DNA from: a virus
Lineage: Duplodnaviria > Caudoviricetes
Strand: one strand, 5' to 3'
Virus record (IMG/VR): IMGVR_UViG_3300034021_000712
Location: 1-56,674 of that record
DNA: 56,674 bases
How positions within the stretch are numbered: position 1 is the stretch's first letter; each line of letters opens with the position of its first letter. A model generated the notes under the pieces. It ran no database searches, was not told the DNA's origin, and worked only from the letters and a program-made list of their open reading frames with translations. Below, piece after piece: positions 35,105 through 44,003 of the stretch. The translations under genes were made by a program, and so were the position numbers.

Positions 35105-35371
35105 CTATAAAGGAATATCTTGTGGATTTTCAATGTGCTCCTCGATTTGGAATAAGATTGGATGACAACCTTCCATAATCAAGTAGTTACTATATCTATA
35201 CAAGTCTTCCATGTCATAAGATGCCATTTTCGGATTTGCATTGTATAGTTGTTCTTGAAAGTCTTCCTCTAACTCATCAAAAGTGAATGGCATTTTGTTT
35301 ATAAAAAACATTTCGACAACACCAACGTTAGTTAATGTGCAGTATGCTTTTTCGATCTTTAGTTGTTTCAT
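35105..35371 (-). CDS. Hypothetical protein within the tRNA cluster
   Basis: 88 aa, MFFINKMPFTFDE...YLIMEGCHP. Confidence 0.75.
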   Translation of the reverse strand: MKQLKIEKAYCTLTNVGVVEMFFINKMPFTFDELEEDFQEQLYNANPKMASYDMEDLYRYSNYLIMEGCHPILFQIEEHIENPQDIPL

Positions 35372-35385
35372 GGAAGACTTCCACT

Positions 35386-35409
35386 TTCATAGAATATTTA
35401 TTCTATGAA
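35386..35409 (-). promoter_or_regulatory. 11-bp inverted repeat containing a late-promoter-like ATAAATA
   Basis: TTCATAGAATA-tt-TATTCTATGAA immediately 3' of tRNA-Leu(UAA). Confidence 0.55.
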
Positions 35410-35482
35410 TGCCCGTGGTCGGATTCGAACCGACCCTTGAACGATTTTAAGTCGTTTGCCTCTTCCGCTGGGCTACACGGGC
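35410..35482 (-). tRNA. tRNA-Leu(UAA), short variable loop
   Basis: GCCCGTG/CACGGGC-A; AACGA-CTTAAAA-TCGTT; 5-nt variable loop. Confidence 0.92.
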
Positions 35483-35492
35483 ATTTGAGACA

Positions 35493-35520
35493 ATCTTAGC
35501 AGAACTGCTCGGATTGTCAA
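35493..35520 (-). promoter_or_regulatory. Sigma70-type promoter
   Basis: TTGACA-16 nt-TAAGAT with extended TG, inside a GACAATC/GATTGTC inverted repeat. Confidence 0.65.
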
Positions 35521-35521
35521 G

Positions 35522-35594
35522 TGCTCCTTGAGGGGATCGAACCCACCTTAGCCGAATTATGAGTTCGGTGCATTCGCCAGATTGCTAAAGGAGC
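35522..35594 (-). tRNA. tRNA with CAU anticodon (elongator Met or lysidine-modified Ile2)
   Basis: GCTCCTT/AAGGAGC-A; CCGAA-CTCATAA-TTCGG. Confidence 0.88.
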
Positions 35595-35600
35595 AACAGG

Positions 35601-35672
35601 TAGGAATACTGGGAGTTGAACCCAGACTACCCCGTTATAAGCAGGGCGCTCTAACCATTAAGCTATATTCCC
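35601..35672 (-). tRNA. tRNA-Ile(UAU)
   Basis: GGGAATA/TATTCCT-A; CCCTG-CTTATAA-CGGGG. Confidence 0.9.
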
Positions 35673-35704
35673 ATGAAGCGATTAATCAACTATAATCGCT
35701 TCAT
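35673..35704. repeat. 12-bp perfect inverted repeat directly 5' of tRNA-Ile
   Basis: ATGAAGCGATTA-atcaacta-TAATCGCTTCAT. Confidence 0.75.
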
Positions 35705-35832
35705 ATTCGACCTGTTGCGTTCAATCGATTCTTTAAAGCTTGTCTACGCTTTTTAGCAGAGCGTAATGCTTGAGGCTTCAAATGTCTCTTCTGCTCTTTT
35801 TTAGAGTGATGCTGCCAGTTTGGAAGATTCAT
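35701..35832 (-). CDS. Small basic protein (43 aa)
   Basis: Manual translation MNLPNWQHHSKKEQKRHLKPQALRSAKKRRQALKNRLNATGRI; promoter upstream. Confidence 0.7.
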   Translation of the reverse strand: MNLPNWQHHSKKEQKRHLKPQALRSAKKRRQALKNRLNATGRI

Positions 35833-35855
35833 TGGTTTCTCTCGACCTCATTACC

Positions 35856-35895
35856 TATTTAGAATAGCATGGAGGGGGCTCTCCGTCAACCCCCT
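35856..35895 (-). promoter_or_regulatory. Overlapping early (sigma70) and late promoters
   Basis: TTGACG-17 nt-TATTCT overlapping CTAAATA; -35 enclosed by AGGGGG/CCCCCT. Confidence 0.75.
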
Positions 35896-35914
35896 GATTT
35901 GAGTCTCATGTGAC

Positions 35915-36169
35915 CTATTCAACAATCTGAACAGGTTTCGAAAACTCTTGTGTCAGTTCACCTATAGATTCACTGACATACTCACGAACTTCTTGTGGAT
36001 TTGGTTCCATCTCTAAAGCATCTGGAACTATAGGGGTGTTTGCAATAGGTGTCATTAAGACTACACCCTTTTCTGTTTTGATTTTTAGAGTATATCCTCT
36101 CTCAACTAAAGAGAAGCAAAAATCAAAGTTAGTTTGAATTTCTTGGATATCTACTGAAATAATATTCAT
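35915..36169 (-). CDS. Hypothetical protein
   Basis: 84 aa; EIQTNFD...LVERG...I.TEKGVVLM.P loosely resembles Phd/YefM N-termini. Confidence 0.65.
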   Translation of the reverse strand: MNIISVDIQEIQTNFDFCFSLVERGYTLKIKTEKGVVLMTPIANTPIVPDALEMEPNPQEVREYVSESIGELTQEFSKPVQIVE

Positions 36170-36378
36170 AGTTGATAAGTCAGCATATCTGCGGGGAGAA
36201 GATCTTGAATTCTAGTGACTTCTTCCTGGAATCCTTCGGCACCCTCAGAATCCCATCGGAAAGACACGGTTCGTTTTTCACCATCATCAGCAATACAAAT
36301 AATTTGCCGCTCAATAAAATTGAAAACTACTTGAGACAGCTCTTTTTCTTCAGTCATAACGTTTGCCTGGTAACTCAC
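36166..36378 (-). CDS. Hypothetical protein
   Basis: 70 aa downstream of the promoter at 36381-36413. Confidence 0.7.
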   Translation of the reverse strand: MSYQANVMTEEKELSQVVFNFIERQIICIADDGEKRTVSFRWDSEGAEGFQEEVTRIQDLLPADMLTYQL

Positions 36379-36380
36379 AA

Positions 36381-36413
36381 ATCATAGCACGAGCCCAGGG
36401 GGGTGTCAACCCC
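36381..36413 (-). promoter_or_regulatory. Sigma70-type promoter with -35 in a hairpin loop
   Basis: GGGG-TTGACA-CCCC; TTGACA-17 nt-TATGAT with extended TG. Confidence 0.8.
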
Positions 36414-38884
36414 TAGTTCAGGAGGAGGGGTAAGCCAAAGAGCTGCGCAGGTCCTTTGTTACATCCAGCAGCATACAATCCTGTCGCAACACTATAAGCA
36501 GCCAAACCGTTCTGAACGCTATTGACAATAGCCCCAGATGCCCCTGTGCAAGCTTCGATGATACCACCAGATGCTGTGTTAACAATTGTCATATGAGCAC
36601 CTGTTGTTCCATTAACCATATCTAAGAATCCACCTGGAATTGTTTGCCCTAAAATAACTCTTACCTGACCAGGAGCAGATAATGATGCACCAAAGGATTG
36701 CGTAACATCATAAATCGGACCTCCAACAAATGTAAACTGACCTGCTGTTGGAGAACTTAACCCTATGTTCAAGAAATTGATAAAGTTCATTTCTCCCGTT
36801 GAACATATATTAGTAATCCATGAAGTCTCATTAACAATTTCTGCTGAAGCTTCATTTGTAATAGTAGCTGCTTTGAGAGAAATATCGGGCGCTGTCAACT
36901 TAACGGCACTATATCCCTGTAGTTCTACTTTGTTTCCAGCGAAAGCAAAATCACCCTGTATCTTTTGTTGGTGGTCGGCAGATTTTGTCTGAACTGATTT
37001 CTGCTGCTTTTCACCATCATTGAATCCATTCTTCTTAGCAGAAATACCGTTCGATGTATTTTCGTTAAACGCCCCAAGAACTTCTAGGTGGAAATTACCC
37101 ATCACTTTAAGTGTGTAATCACCTTCAATGATCATTGTTTTATTGCCTTTTACTGTCTTGCAGTCATCTCTAGCAATAATTTTAGTTTCATTTCCTGGAA
37201 CATTAGTATGTGCATTTCCTCTGGTGTCTTCAATTACAGTTACACCACCAGGACCCTGATTGATTCTTTTTTCTTTTCCTGGAGTAGCATCATCAATAAT
37301 TTTTGACCCATTAAGCGATTGTTTAACATCCATTACATATGGATTTAAGTCACTGTATAAGAAATTAATATAGTTATTATCTGCAAATGTCGTCTTGCCC
37401 CCAAAGCCTCCAACATTGGTTGGTAAACCCAATGAAGTTAAAAATTCGCTAGGTGAATTACATTCGGTTGTTCCGAGTAAAGGTAGCCAAAACTTTTGTC
37501 TAGGTTCTTGAAACTTCCTGCCACAATCACTCTTAAATCCAAGAATAATATCAACTAGTGTGCTAATAATTTTTAAAATTCCAGAAAAACTAAGCTTAGT
37601 AAAATCAAAAGAAAAGATTGTATCGAATGTTTTTTTAAGCGATCCGAATGCAGATAGTGCAGATTTAGCAGTAGCTAATGCTGCAGAAATCAATTTAGCT
37701 TTGTCTGCAACTTGCTGAATCGCTCCTGTTAAATTACCAATAACTTGAGTAACGGCATTGGTAACACTACCAGCGATATCTGTAATTTTACTAAAAACTT
37801 GACCAACTAAAGAATTGACAAATCCATCAATATTGGAAAATGCATTTTTAACATAAGAAACAATATACTGCGCTTCGAATTGACAGAAAGAACCCAGGAT
37901 TTTCTCAACGATCCCTAAAATTGCAGTGATCGTTGCTAATGGAACAATCTTTGAAATTGCCCCAACAATAGCCCCAATTGCTTTTTGGAAAAATTGAGCG
38001 ATTAGTTCTTTGAATTGCGATAAAATACCAGAGAATGCTCCAGAAATAAAGTTTTTAATTTTTCCAACATATTCATCAACAATATTAACACTTACTAATT
38101 TTCCATTAGATAGTGAATATAACTGACCATTTGATGCTTGCTTAACCATAGTTGCAACACCAGCAACTTCGGTTAACATTCTTTCTAAATCTCTTTCGAA
38201 GTTATCTCCTGCTGGTCCGCTTACTCCATCGCCAATACCTTGAGGCTGAGATGGAGGTTTAATTGGATTAGTTACTACATTTCCAGGGAGAGTTTGTTCT
38301 GCAATTGAAATTGCACTATTTTGTGGTGTAGTTCCACCAGTAGGTGATCCAGGGGCTGTAGATTGAACTTTTGGTAGTGTTCCAGTTACAACTTCATTGC
38401 CCTTAATATCTCTCGCAGCAGGATTATTTACTTTATTCTCTTCAGCGTTTGCACCATCAGCAATAGTTGTTCTAGATGTTTCTGCTGCTTTCTTTGCAAT
38501 TTCTTCGTCTGTGGCTTTCTTGGTATCATCAGTTAAAGATTTGAATGAACGAATTGATCCCAAGACACAAGGTAGTTGTGCCTCTTCGCCATCCATGAAA
38601 AATCCAAGCACAACTGCACCAGGCTGGAGCATTGTAGAAGTTCCAGCAGAAGTAATTCCTGCCTGATCAGTTGGAAGAATTACAGTTGCCCAAGGAAGAG
38701 ATTCTCTAGGAATATCCTCAAGATATGCTTTCTTATCTTTATGCCCAGTATACCAGCCAAATACACGAACACGAACTCTACCTAGTTGTGCAGGGTCATT
38801 AATATCTTCTACTTCCCCCAGCCACCAAGTAAATCCATCTCTACCAGCGTAGTCTGTTCTTCCTAGGCTTGCAATTTGATCCAT
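36413..38884 (-). CDS. gp5: Baseplate hub/central spike protein gp5
   Basis: GFTWWLGEVEDINDP..LGRVRVR..G OB domain, VLGFFMDGEEAQLP; DATPGKE; C-terminal beta-helix repeats (VKGNKT..IEGDYTLKV.GNF). Confidence 0.9.
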   Translation of the reverse strand: MDQIASLGRTDYAGRDGFTWWLGEVEDINDPAQLGRVRVRVFGWYTGHKDKKAYLEDIPRESLPWATVILPTDQAGITSAGTSTMLQPGAVVLGFFMDGEEAQLPCVLGSIRSFKSLTDDTKKATDEEIAKKAAETSRTTIADGANAEENKVNNPAARDIKGNEVVTGTLPKVQSTAPGSPTGGTTPQNSAISIAEQTLPGNVVTNPIKPPSQPQGIGDGVSGPAGDNFERDLERMLTEVAGVATMVKQASNGQLYSLSNGKLVSVNIVDEYVGKIKNFISGAFSGILSQFKELIAQFFQKAIGAIVGAISKIVPLATITAILGIVEKILGSFCQFEAQYIVSYVKNAFSNIDGFVNSLVGQVFSKITDIAGSVTNAVTQVIGNLTGAIQQVADKAKLISAALATAKSALSAFGSLKKTFDTIFSFDFTKLSFSGILKIISTLVDIILGFKSDCGRKFQEPRQKFWLPLLGTTECNSPSEFLTSLGLPTNVGGFGGKTTFADNNYINFLYSDLNPYVMDVKQSLNGSKIIDDATPGKEKRINQGPGGVTVIEDTRGNAHTNVPGNETKIIARDDCKTVKGNKTMIIEGDYTLKVMGNFHLEVLGAFNENTSNGISAKKNGFNDGEKQQKSVQTKSADHQQKIQGDFAFAGNKVELQGYSAVKLTAPDISLKAATITNEASAEIVNETSWITNICSTGEMNFINFLNIGLSSPTAGQFTFVGGPIYDVTQSFGASLSAPGQVRVILGQTIPGGFLDMVNGTTGAHMTIVNTASGGIIEACTGASGAIVNSVQNGLAAYSVATGLYAAGCNKGPAQLFGLPLLLN

Positions 38885-38899
38885 ATCGATGTTTTATCT

Positions 38900-39358
38900 T
38901 TATTTATCGTGTTTAAAAAAATGGAATTCACCCTGCTCCTTTTTCTTTCCCCATAAAAATTCATTAGTTTCTATGCTATATGCAGCATCTCTGGAAAAAT
39001 ATTCAGTGCCATTAAATTTAATATAAGTTTCTAAAGAGATATTCTTTTCTGGTATCTCACATCTAGATATATCACTTTCCCACCAACCATCATTATATCT
39101 AAAAATTAAATCGCAATACTTAACTTCTGATTCTCTATTAAATGTTCTCAGAATCACATGATCATCTTCATAGATCAGTTTATGAATTGATCTACGATAT
39201 GCTTGCTTTTTCCCCAAATAATCATGCCAACTCCATGATTCAATTTTTCCGTTAGGAAGCTTTTCAAATAAAACATGTATGTATGCCCAATCTGTTGGAT
39301 ATGACTGTGCTTGTCTTTTATTCGTATAATGACCTAATAAATTATCCTCAAACTTCAT
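38900..39358 (-). CDS. cpeT: CpeT/CpcT-like phycobiliprotein lyase
   Basis: LLGHYTNKRQAQSYP..WAYI, CDLIF, SRD, WG...F.F; probable start MKFEDN. Confidence 0.85.
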   Translation of the reverse strand: MKFEDNLLGHYTNKRQAQSYPTDWAYIHVLFEKLPNGKIESWSWHDYLGKKQAYRRSIHKLIYEDDHVILRTFNRESEVKYCDLIFRYNDGWWESDISRCEIPEKNISLETYIKFNGTEYFSRDAAYSIETNEFLWGKKKEQGEFHFFKHDK

Positions 39359-39557
39359 ACCTCTTACATTCTGATGCGCCTGGGTTTTCAAAACAATATA
39401 GTTCTAATGCTGTAGGATCACGATCATCTTCTGGATTATTTTGTTGATATTTCTTTAAACTTGCAAGTTCATCTTCAAGATGCCTTCTTCTTTGATCGCT
39501 CAACATAGCATCTGACAGTTCATTCTGATTACTTTCAATGTGTTTTTTTAGTGACAT
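39348..39557 (-). CDS. cp12: CP12 Calvin-cycle inhibitor
   Basis: C-terminal DPTALELYCFENPGASECKRYE. Confidence 0.9.
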   Translation of the reverse strand: MSLKKHIESNQNELSDAMLSDQRRRHLEDELASLKKYQQNNPEDDRDPTALELYCFENPGASECKRYEV

Positions 39558-39559
39558 AA

Positions 39560-40981
39560 TTACGCCCTCTTAATTGAATCTCTAGCTAATACAAGAGTTG
39601 TAGTTACACCCTCTGCAGAATATCTATGCGTTAGCCCAACAACCAAATATTTACCACTATATAAAGGATCTTCTGTAACTCTAGCTCCAGATTGTAATGA
39701 TTTTGGAATGGAAACTGATATTACATTTCCCGTCACAATAGATGTATTGCCTGGAACAACTATGGTTAGCTGTATAGTATTTAACAACTGATATCTTGCG
39801 TTTGCATAAGCAGACACTGCAACTGTATCACGATTTGCCTGATTTCCATTATTTGCAGTATTGTTTGTTGTGGATTGCTTAGATAAGCCTGGAAGAATCC
39901 TAAGTTTCGATCTTGCTGGGAATAGCGTATCTTTAGAGGATGTCTTTCCATCATACAAATAATTCGAAACTGAGTCTGGATATGGGAACTGAGATTCTAA
40001 TTTATTGGCAATACGAAAAATACTCTTAACTGATACTACAGTTGGGGTCAATTTTGTTCCACTAGGGGTAGCAGATCTTCCCCTCGCTGCTTCTTTTTTT
40101 CTTCCCGAATCTGTTATTCCGCTTTCGAAAATATTAGGAACATTCAAAGAAAGTATAGCAGATGAATACGTTCCAGATCTCATCTTTTCAAGATGATTGT
40201 ATTTGTCTGGGAATTTTATCATCTCAATATTATAATATCCCCCTCCAGTTTGCTGAATGTTCTTTTGTGTGTATGAATACTTCAGCGGATTATTATACGT
40301 CGGATTTAATGAAGAGCAAAGATAATCTATTGATACAAAATTATATCCGTTTTTGTTCTCGAAGAACAAAAATCCAGATTGATCCTTATTTGAAGCTCTA
40401 ACAATCTTATCTGAAATATAAGATATTGTATCAAATGGTCTCCAGTTTGGTGATATGAATTGAATAATTCCTGAAGAATCCTCAAAGATACCACCTTTCA
40501 TTTTTTTACTAGCCTTCAAATTATCAGTAACAATCTTTTTGACTGCTTGTGTTCCTGATTCTTTACCAATAAAAGATTTGAAGACTCGATTAACTTCATT
40601 ATTATAAACTTCAGGCGAAACGCAATGAAGAGTATATAACTGAGTTCTTTCTTGCTTTACTACACTTCCAATTTTAAAAACTCGCATTATAATATTCAAC
40701 CCACTTCCTGTAGGATCACTATCGGTTATTAGATTTAATTTAATTAACTCATTGCCAGATAAAAATGCATTAAAATCTACAGTATCAATCATCGTAATAT
40801 CCATTCTCACAGATGGAGAATCTATACTTTCATGAACTGCAATTTCTTTTGCAAGATTTCTAATATCATAAACTCCTGCAGAAACAGATAAACTATTAAT
40901 CTCTTCAGATGGAGTCAGCGTTGAACTCTTATCTACTGAGATCGATAATTCTTTAAGTGTATATCTTTTTGAGAATGCCAT
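39560..40981 (-). CDS. Baseplate hub protein (gp27-like)
   Basis: ESIDSP, FISPNWRPFDTI, GFLFFENKNGYNFVSID, VPGN...G..I, YSGKYLV..LTH, L.RDS. Confidence 0.7.
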   Translation of the reverse strand: MAFSKRYTLKELSISVDKSSTLTPSEEINSLSVSAGVYDIRNLAKEIAVHESIDSPSVRMDITMIDTVDFNAFLSGNELIKLNLITDSDPTGSGLNIIMRVFKIGSVVKQERTQLYTLHCVSPEVYNNEVNRVFKSFIGKESGTQAVKKIVTDNLKASKKMKGGIFEDSSGIIQFISPNWRPFDTISYISDKIVRASNKDQSGFLFFENKNGYNFVSIDYLCSSLNPTYNNPLKYSYTQKNIQQTGGGYYNIEMIKFPDKYNHLEKMRSGTYSSAILSLNVPNIFESGITDSGRKKEAARGRSATPSGTKLTPTVVSVKSIFRIANKLESQFPYPDSVSNYLYDGKTSSKDTLFPARSKLRILPGLSKQSTTNNTANNGNQANRDTVAVSAYANARYQLLNTIQLTIVVPGNTSIVTGNVISVSIPKSLQSGARVTEDPLYSGKYLVVGLTHRYSAEGVTTTLVLARDSIKRA

Positions 40982-40985
40982 CTAT

Positions 40986-43900
40986 CTACCACAAATTAGT
41001 CTTTGGTGCAACGTTATCTGTCAACATGCCAAATTTTGGTGCAAGGTATTTATTTGCATCCAGTTGATATGCATTTGGCATAACAATATCAGAGGAGCCT
41101 GCACCTGGAGCGCCGATAATTGCTGGTTTTGCCTTTGCAATTGCTGCTACATTTCCATTAGAAGCTGCAGCTTGAGCCTTAGCTTTATCCTTTTTATCTT
41201 TAATTGCAGCTTCAACTTTAGTCTGACCTTCATCTAGCTTGCTTCCACTGCTCGCAGATGATGAGCTAGGAGCAAAAGCTTTACTTAAATCTTCAGATAA
41301 TTTAGTGAGCAATTGATCCAATTGCTGATCTGCAGATTGGGCAGTATCACCACCCGCTGCTGCAGATTCTGCTGCAGATACTCTATCATCAACTCTTTCT
41401 TTATATTCTTGTAGTGCTCTTGCAGTATCAACCTTTGTTTGTGTTAATGGTTTATCAATAGCAATCTGCTCTTTATCAAGAATATCTAAAAGATCTTTGA
41501 TTCTCTCGTGAGCTTTCTTTGCAGTTTCAGATTTTGGAGTAACTGACAATCTAGCTTGAAGCTCAGATCTAATTCCAGATCTTCTATTGTTTATTTCTTT
41601 TAAGACAAATGCAGACTTAGCAACTCTATCAAATTCATCTTTGTGTTTTGTTGGATGCAATGAAGTTAGATTTTGCATATTCATAAATCCACTTCCAGAC
41701 ACCCTCTTTGTTACTTGAAGAACATTTCCTGTGTATGGATTATATCTAGCATAGTAAGTTTTACCCCCAAGAACAACGTCTGTGGTGTTTGCATAAGATG
41801 AATCTAAAGCTAGTTTCACATCATCTTTTGATTTTGTTTTGTTGAAATTAATAACTCCTTGTGTTCCAGACTGACTTATAAAGGCTTTACCGCCAGCTGC
41901 AAATTTTGGAATTGTTGGGGTGACAGCACCACCCACACTAAAGCCCCTAGGTAATGCATACCCACCAGCTCTTGCCTGGTTCATTCTCATCTTAGTGAGA
42001 TGTGGGCTTCTCTGTGTTGCTGGTGTATTGAATGGAACTACAAAAGCTGTTCCTCCTGCTGCCCTGCCCTTTAATCCAACCCATTCGGTTCCATGACCAA
42101 TAAATGATACTGATCTGCCACCATCTAATGAGACTGGATAACCAGTTTGCGGACCTCTAATCCATCCACCTCTAGCATAGCCATCCACTGTTCCACCAAT
42201 TGATCTTTGAGGAGGAGTTTCCTCACCAGAAATTATTCTATGAATTCTCTTCAGTAAGCTCAGAACAGAATCACTTTGCTCTCCTCCGATAACTTTCTGT
42301 AACATTTCTCGCCCTGCATTTCCAACGCCCTCAGCAACTCCACCAACAAATTTTAATCCTTTATTTGCAATGGTATTCATCACAGAAGCAGGAACTCCAA
42401 ACATGCTAGCAATGGGTCCTAGAATAGATCCCAATAGCATTTTTATTGGTGCTGGTAAAAAGCTACCAAACATTCCACCAATAGCACTAATAGATCCAAC
42501 AATACCAATACCTATTGCTTTGAATGGCAATAGCATGGCTTCAGCTAGACCAGCTTGCAATGAATTCATTTTAAGCTGAGCAACTCTTAGCTCATTTGAT
42601 ATTGTTCCCCCTTCTGCCATCTGAGGAACAACCACTTTGCCCCCGTATGCTCTTTCTGTTGTAGCTGTTCTTTGTTTTGGCGCAGAACTACTACCAGCAA
42701 AAAACTCTAAGAATTTAATAAGACCATCTAATACTAAGAAGAAAGGAGACAACAATCCTTTAAATATACCACCGACAATCTTGGATATTAATGGTAAGTG
42801 TGGTTCAATAATATCCATCATTTTGGTCATCAATCCACCAAGAAGCTGGAAGAATTTACCTATTGGTTCTTTTATTGTTCCAAGAACGGCATTAAAGATT
42901 TCTCCAATCTTACCAAAGAATCTCTTTATCGGATCAATTATCGGTGTCAGAAACTCTCCAACTTTGCCACCAATAGCTCCACCTGCGATTCCACCTAAGG
43001 CTCCACCGATGGCTCCACCGATAGGACCAGCCAATTTCGAACCCAAAGCCTCTCCAGCTAGTGCTCCTGCTGTAGCTCCAGCTCCTGCACCTAGGGTTGC
43101 TCCAAGATCACCTTCAGAGTCAATGTTTGCTGCTATAGCAGCTACCGCGCCACCAGCAAAAGCCCCACCTAACTTTCTAAGTGGCAGCTTCTCCATCACT
43201 TTAGCAATCTTAGTTCCAGCGACAAGATTGGATATTATTTTACCAATACTACCAATAACCCAAGCAAGACCCTTTACAGTCTTGACTGGAGATTTGAGGA
43301 ATGCCATTCCAACAAATATTGGAACCATTCCAGCAAGGAATTGGGCTAATCCCAATAACCCTTTAATGCCCGTAGGATTTTCTAAAAACTTAACTAATCC
43401 TCCAAGAGTAACACCAACAAACATTTCAGTCAATCGCCAAAAGAACTTGAGAAGTTTAACAATACCCTCAACAATCTTTTGCATTTTTTCACTATTTTTG
43501 GATATCCAATCCAACATTCCATATAAAACAAATCCACGAAATACAGATTCGGCAACCTTTGCTATAGCTTGCCAAAATCCCATTACCCCTTTTTGAACTA
43601 TTTTAGTAAAACCTTTAGCAAATTTGTTTAATCCCTTCTCCTGTTTTTTCTCAGATTCAGCATCCTTTTCTTTTGATCTTCTTCTTTTCTCTAATGCATC
43701 AGAATCTTTCTTTCTTTTATCTTCTTTCTTTGTAATCTTGTCTTGAACTTTTTCAATAGTATTTGCAGAATCAACATATTTTTTAACTGAGTTCTTCAAC
43801 CCATAGTTAATACCTTCTGCAATGATAGCAATACTGTTGACAGTTGCCCCCAAGCTATTCAGAGACTTTACAACTGAAGAGTAACCACCACCAGATATAA

Positions 43901-44000
43901 CTTTCTCTCCAATAATAACAGTGGCACCCGCTCCTCTGGGGATGCTCACCATCTTATAGAGTCTAGCTCTTGGTATTTTTACTTCTGGATTGTCTGCCAT
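40986..44000 (-). CDS. Tape-measure/baseplate hub-associated large protein
   Basis: Lys-rich coiled coil, hydrophobic helices, Gly zipper, repeated xxGG motifs. Confidence 0.65.
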   Translation of the reverse strand: MADNPEVKIPRARLYKMVSIPRGAGATVIIGEKVISGGGYSSVVKSLNSLGATVNSIAIIAEGINYGLKNSVKKYVDSANTIEKVQDKITKKEDKRKKDSDALEKRRRSKEKDAESEKKQEKGLNKFAKGFTKIVQKGVMGFWQAIAKVAESVFRGFVLYGMLDWISKNSEKMQKIVEGIVKLLKFFWRLTEMFVGVTLGGLVKFLENPTGIKGLLGLAQFLAGMVPIFVGMAFLKSPVKTVKGLAWVIGSIGKIISNLVAGTKIAKVMEKLPLRKLGGAFAGGAVAAIAANIDSEGDLGATLGAGAGATAGALAGEALGSKLAGPIGGAIGGALGGIAGGAIGGKVGEFLTPIIDPIKRFFGKIGEIFNAVLGTIKEPIGKFFQLLGGLMTKMMDIIEPHLPLISKIVGGIFKGLLSPFFLVLDGLIKFLEFFAGSSSAPKQRTATTERAYGGKVVVPQMAEGGTISNELRVAQLKMNSLQAGLAEAMLLPFKAIGIGIVGSISAIGGMFGSFLPAPIKMLLGSILGPIASMFGVPASVMNTIANKGLKFVGGVAEGVGNAGREMLQKVIGGEQSDSVLSLLKRIHRIISGEETPPQRSIGGTVDGYARGGWIRGPQTGYPVSLDGGRSVSFIGHGTEWVGLKGRAAGGTAFVVPFNTPATQRSPHLTKMRMNQARAGGYALPRGFSVGGAVTPTIPKFAAGGKAFISQSGTQGVINFNKTKSKDDVKLALDSSYANTTDVVLGGKTYYARYNPYTGNVLQVTKRVSGSGFMNMQNLTSLHPTKHKDEFDRVAKSAFVLKEINNRRSGIRSELQARLSVTPKSETAKKAHERIKDLLDILDKEQIAIDKPLTQTKVDTARALQEYKERVDDRVSAAESAAAGGDTAQSADQQLDQLLTKLSEDLSKAFAPSSSSASSGSKLDEGQTKVEAAIKDKKDKAKAQAAASNGNVAAIAKAKPAIIGAPGAGSSDIVMPNAYQLDANKYLAPKFGMLTDNVAPKTNLW

Positions 44001-44003
44001 TGA

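Noticed and set aside
34065-35178. Plus-strand ORFs 34065..34460, 34881..35087 and 34894..35178
   Set aside because: Antisense to tRNA genes and structured RNA; open only because of local GC richness.
34145-35482. tRNAs with anticodons TAG, TGA and TAA as possible stop-codon suppressors or recoding
   Set aside because: Read 5'-3', these anticodons decode CUA, UCA and UUA. Core genes are intact in the standard code and all three stop codons are used.
42637-43596. 319-aa Pro/Ala-rich plus-strand ORF
   Set aside because: Mirror of the Gly/Ala-rich codons of the minus-strand gene.
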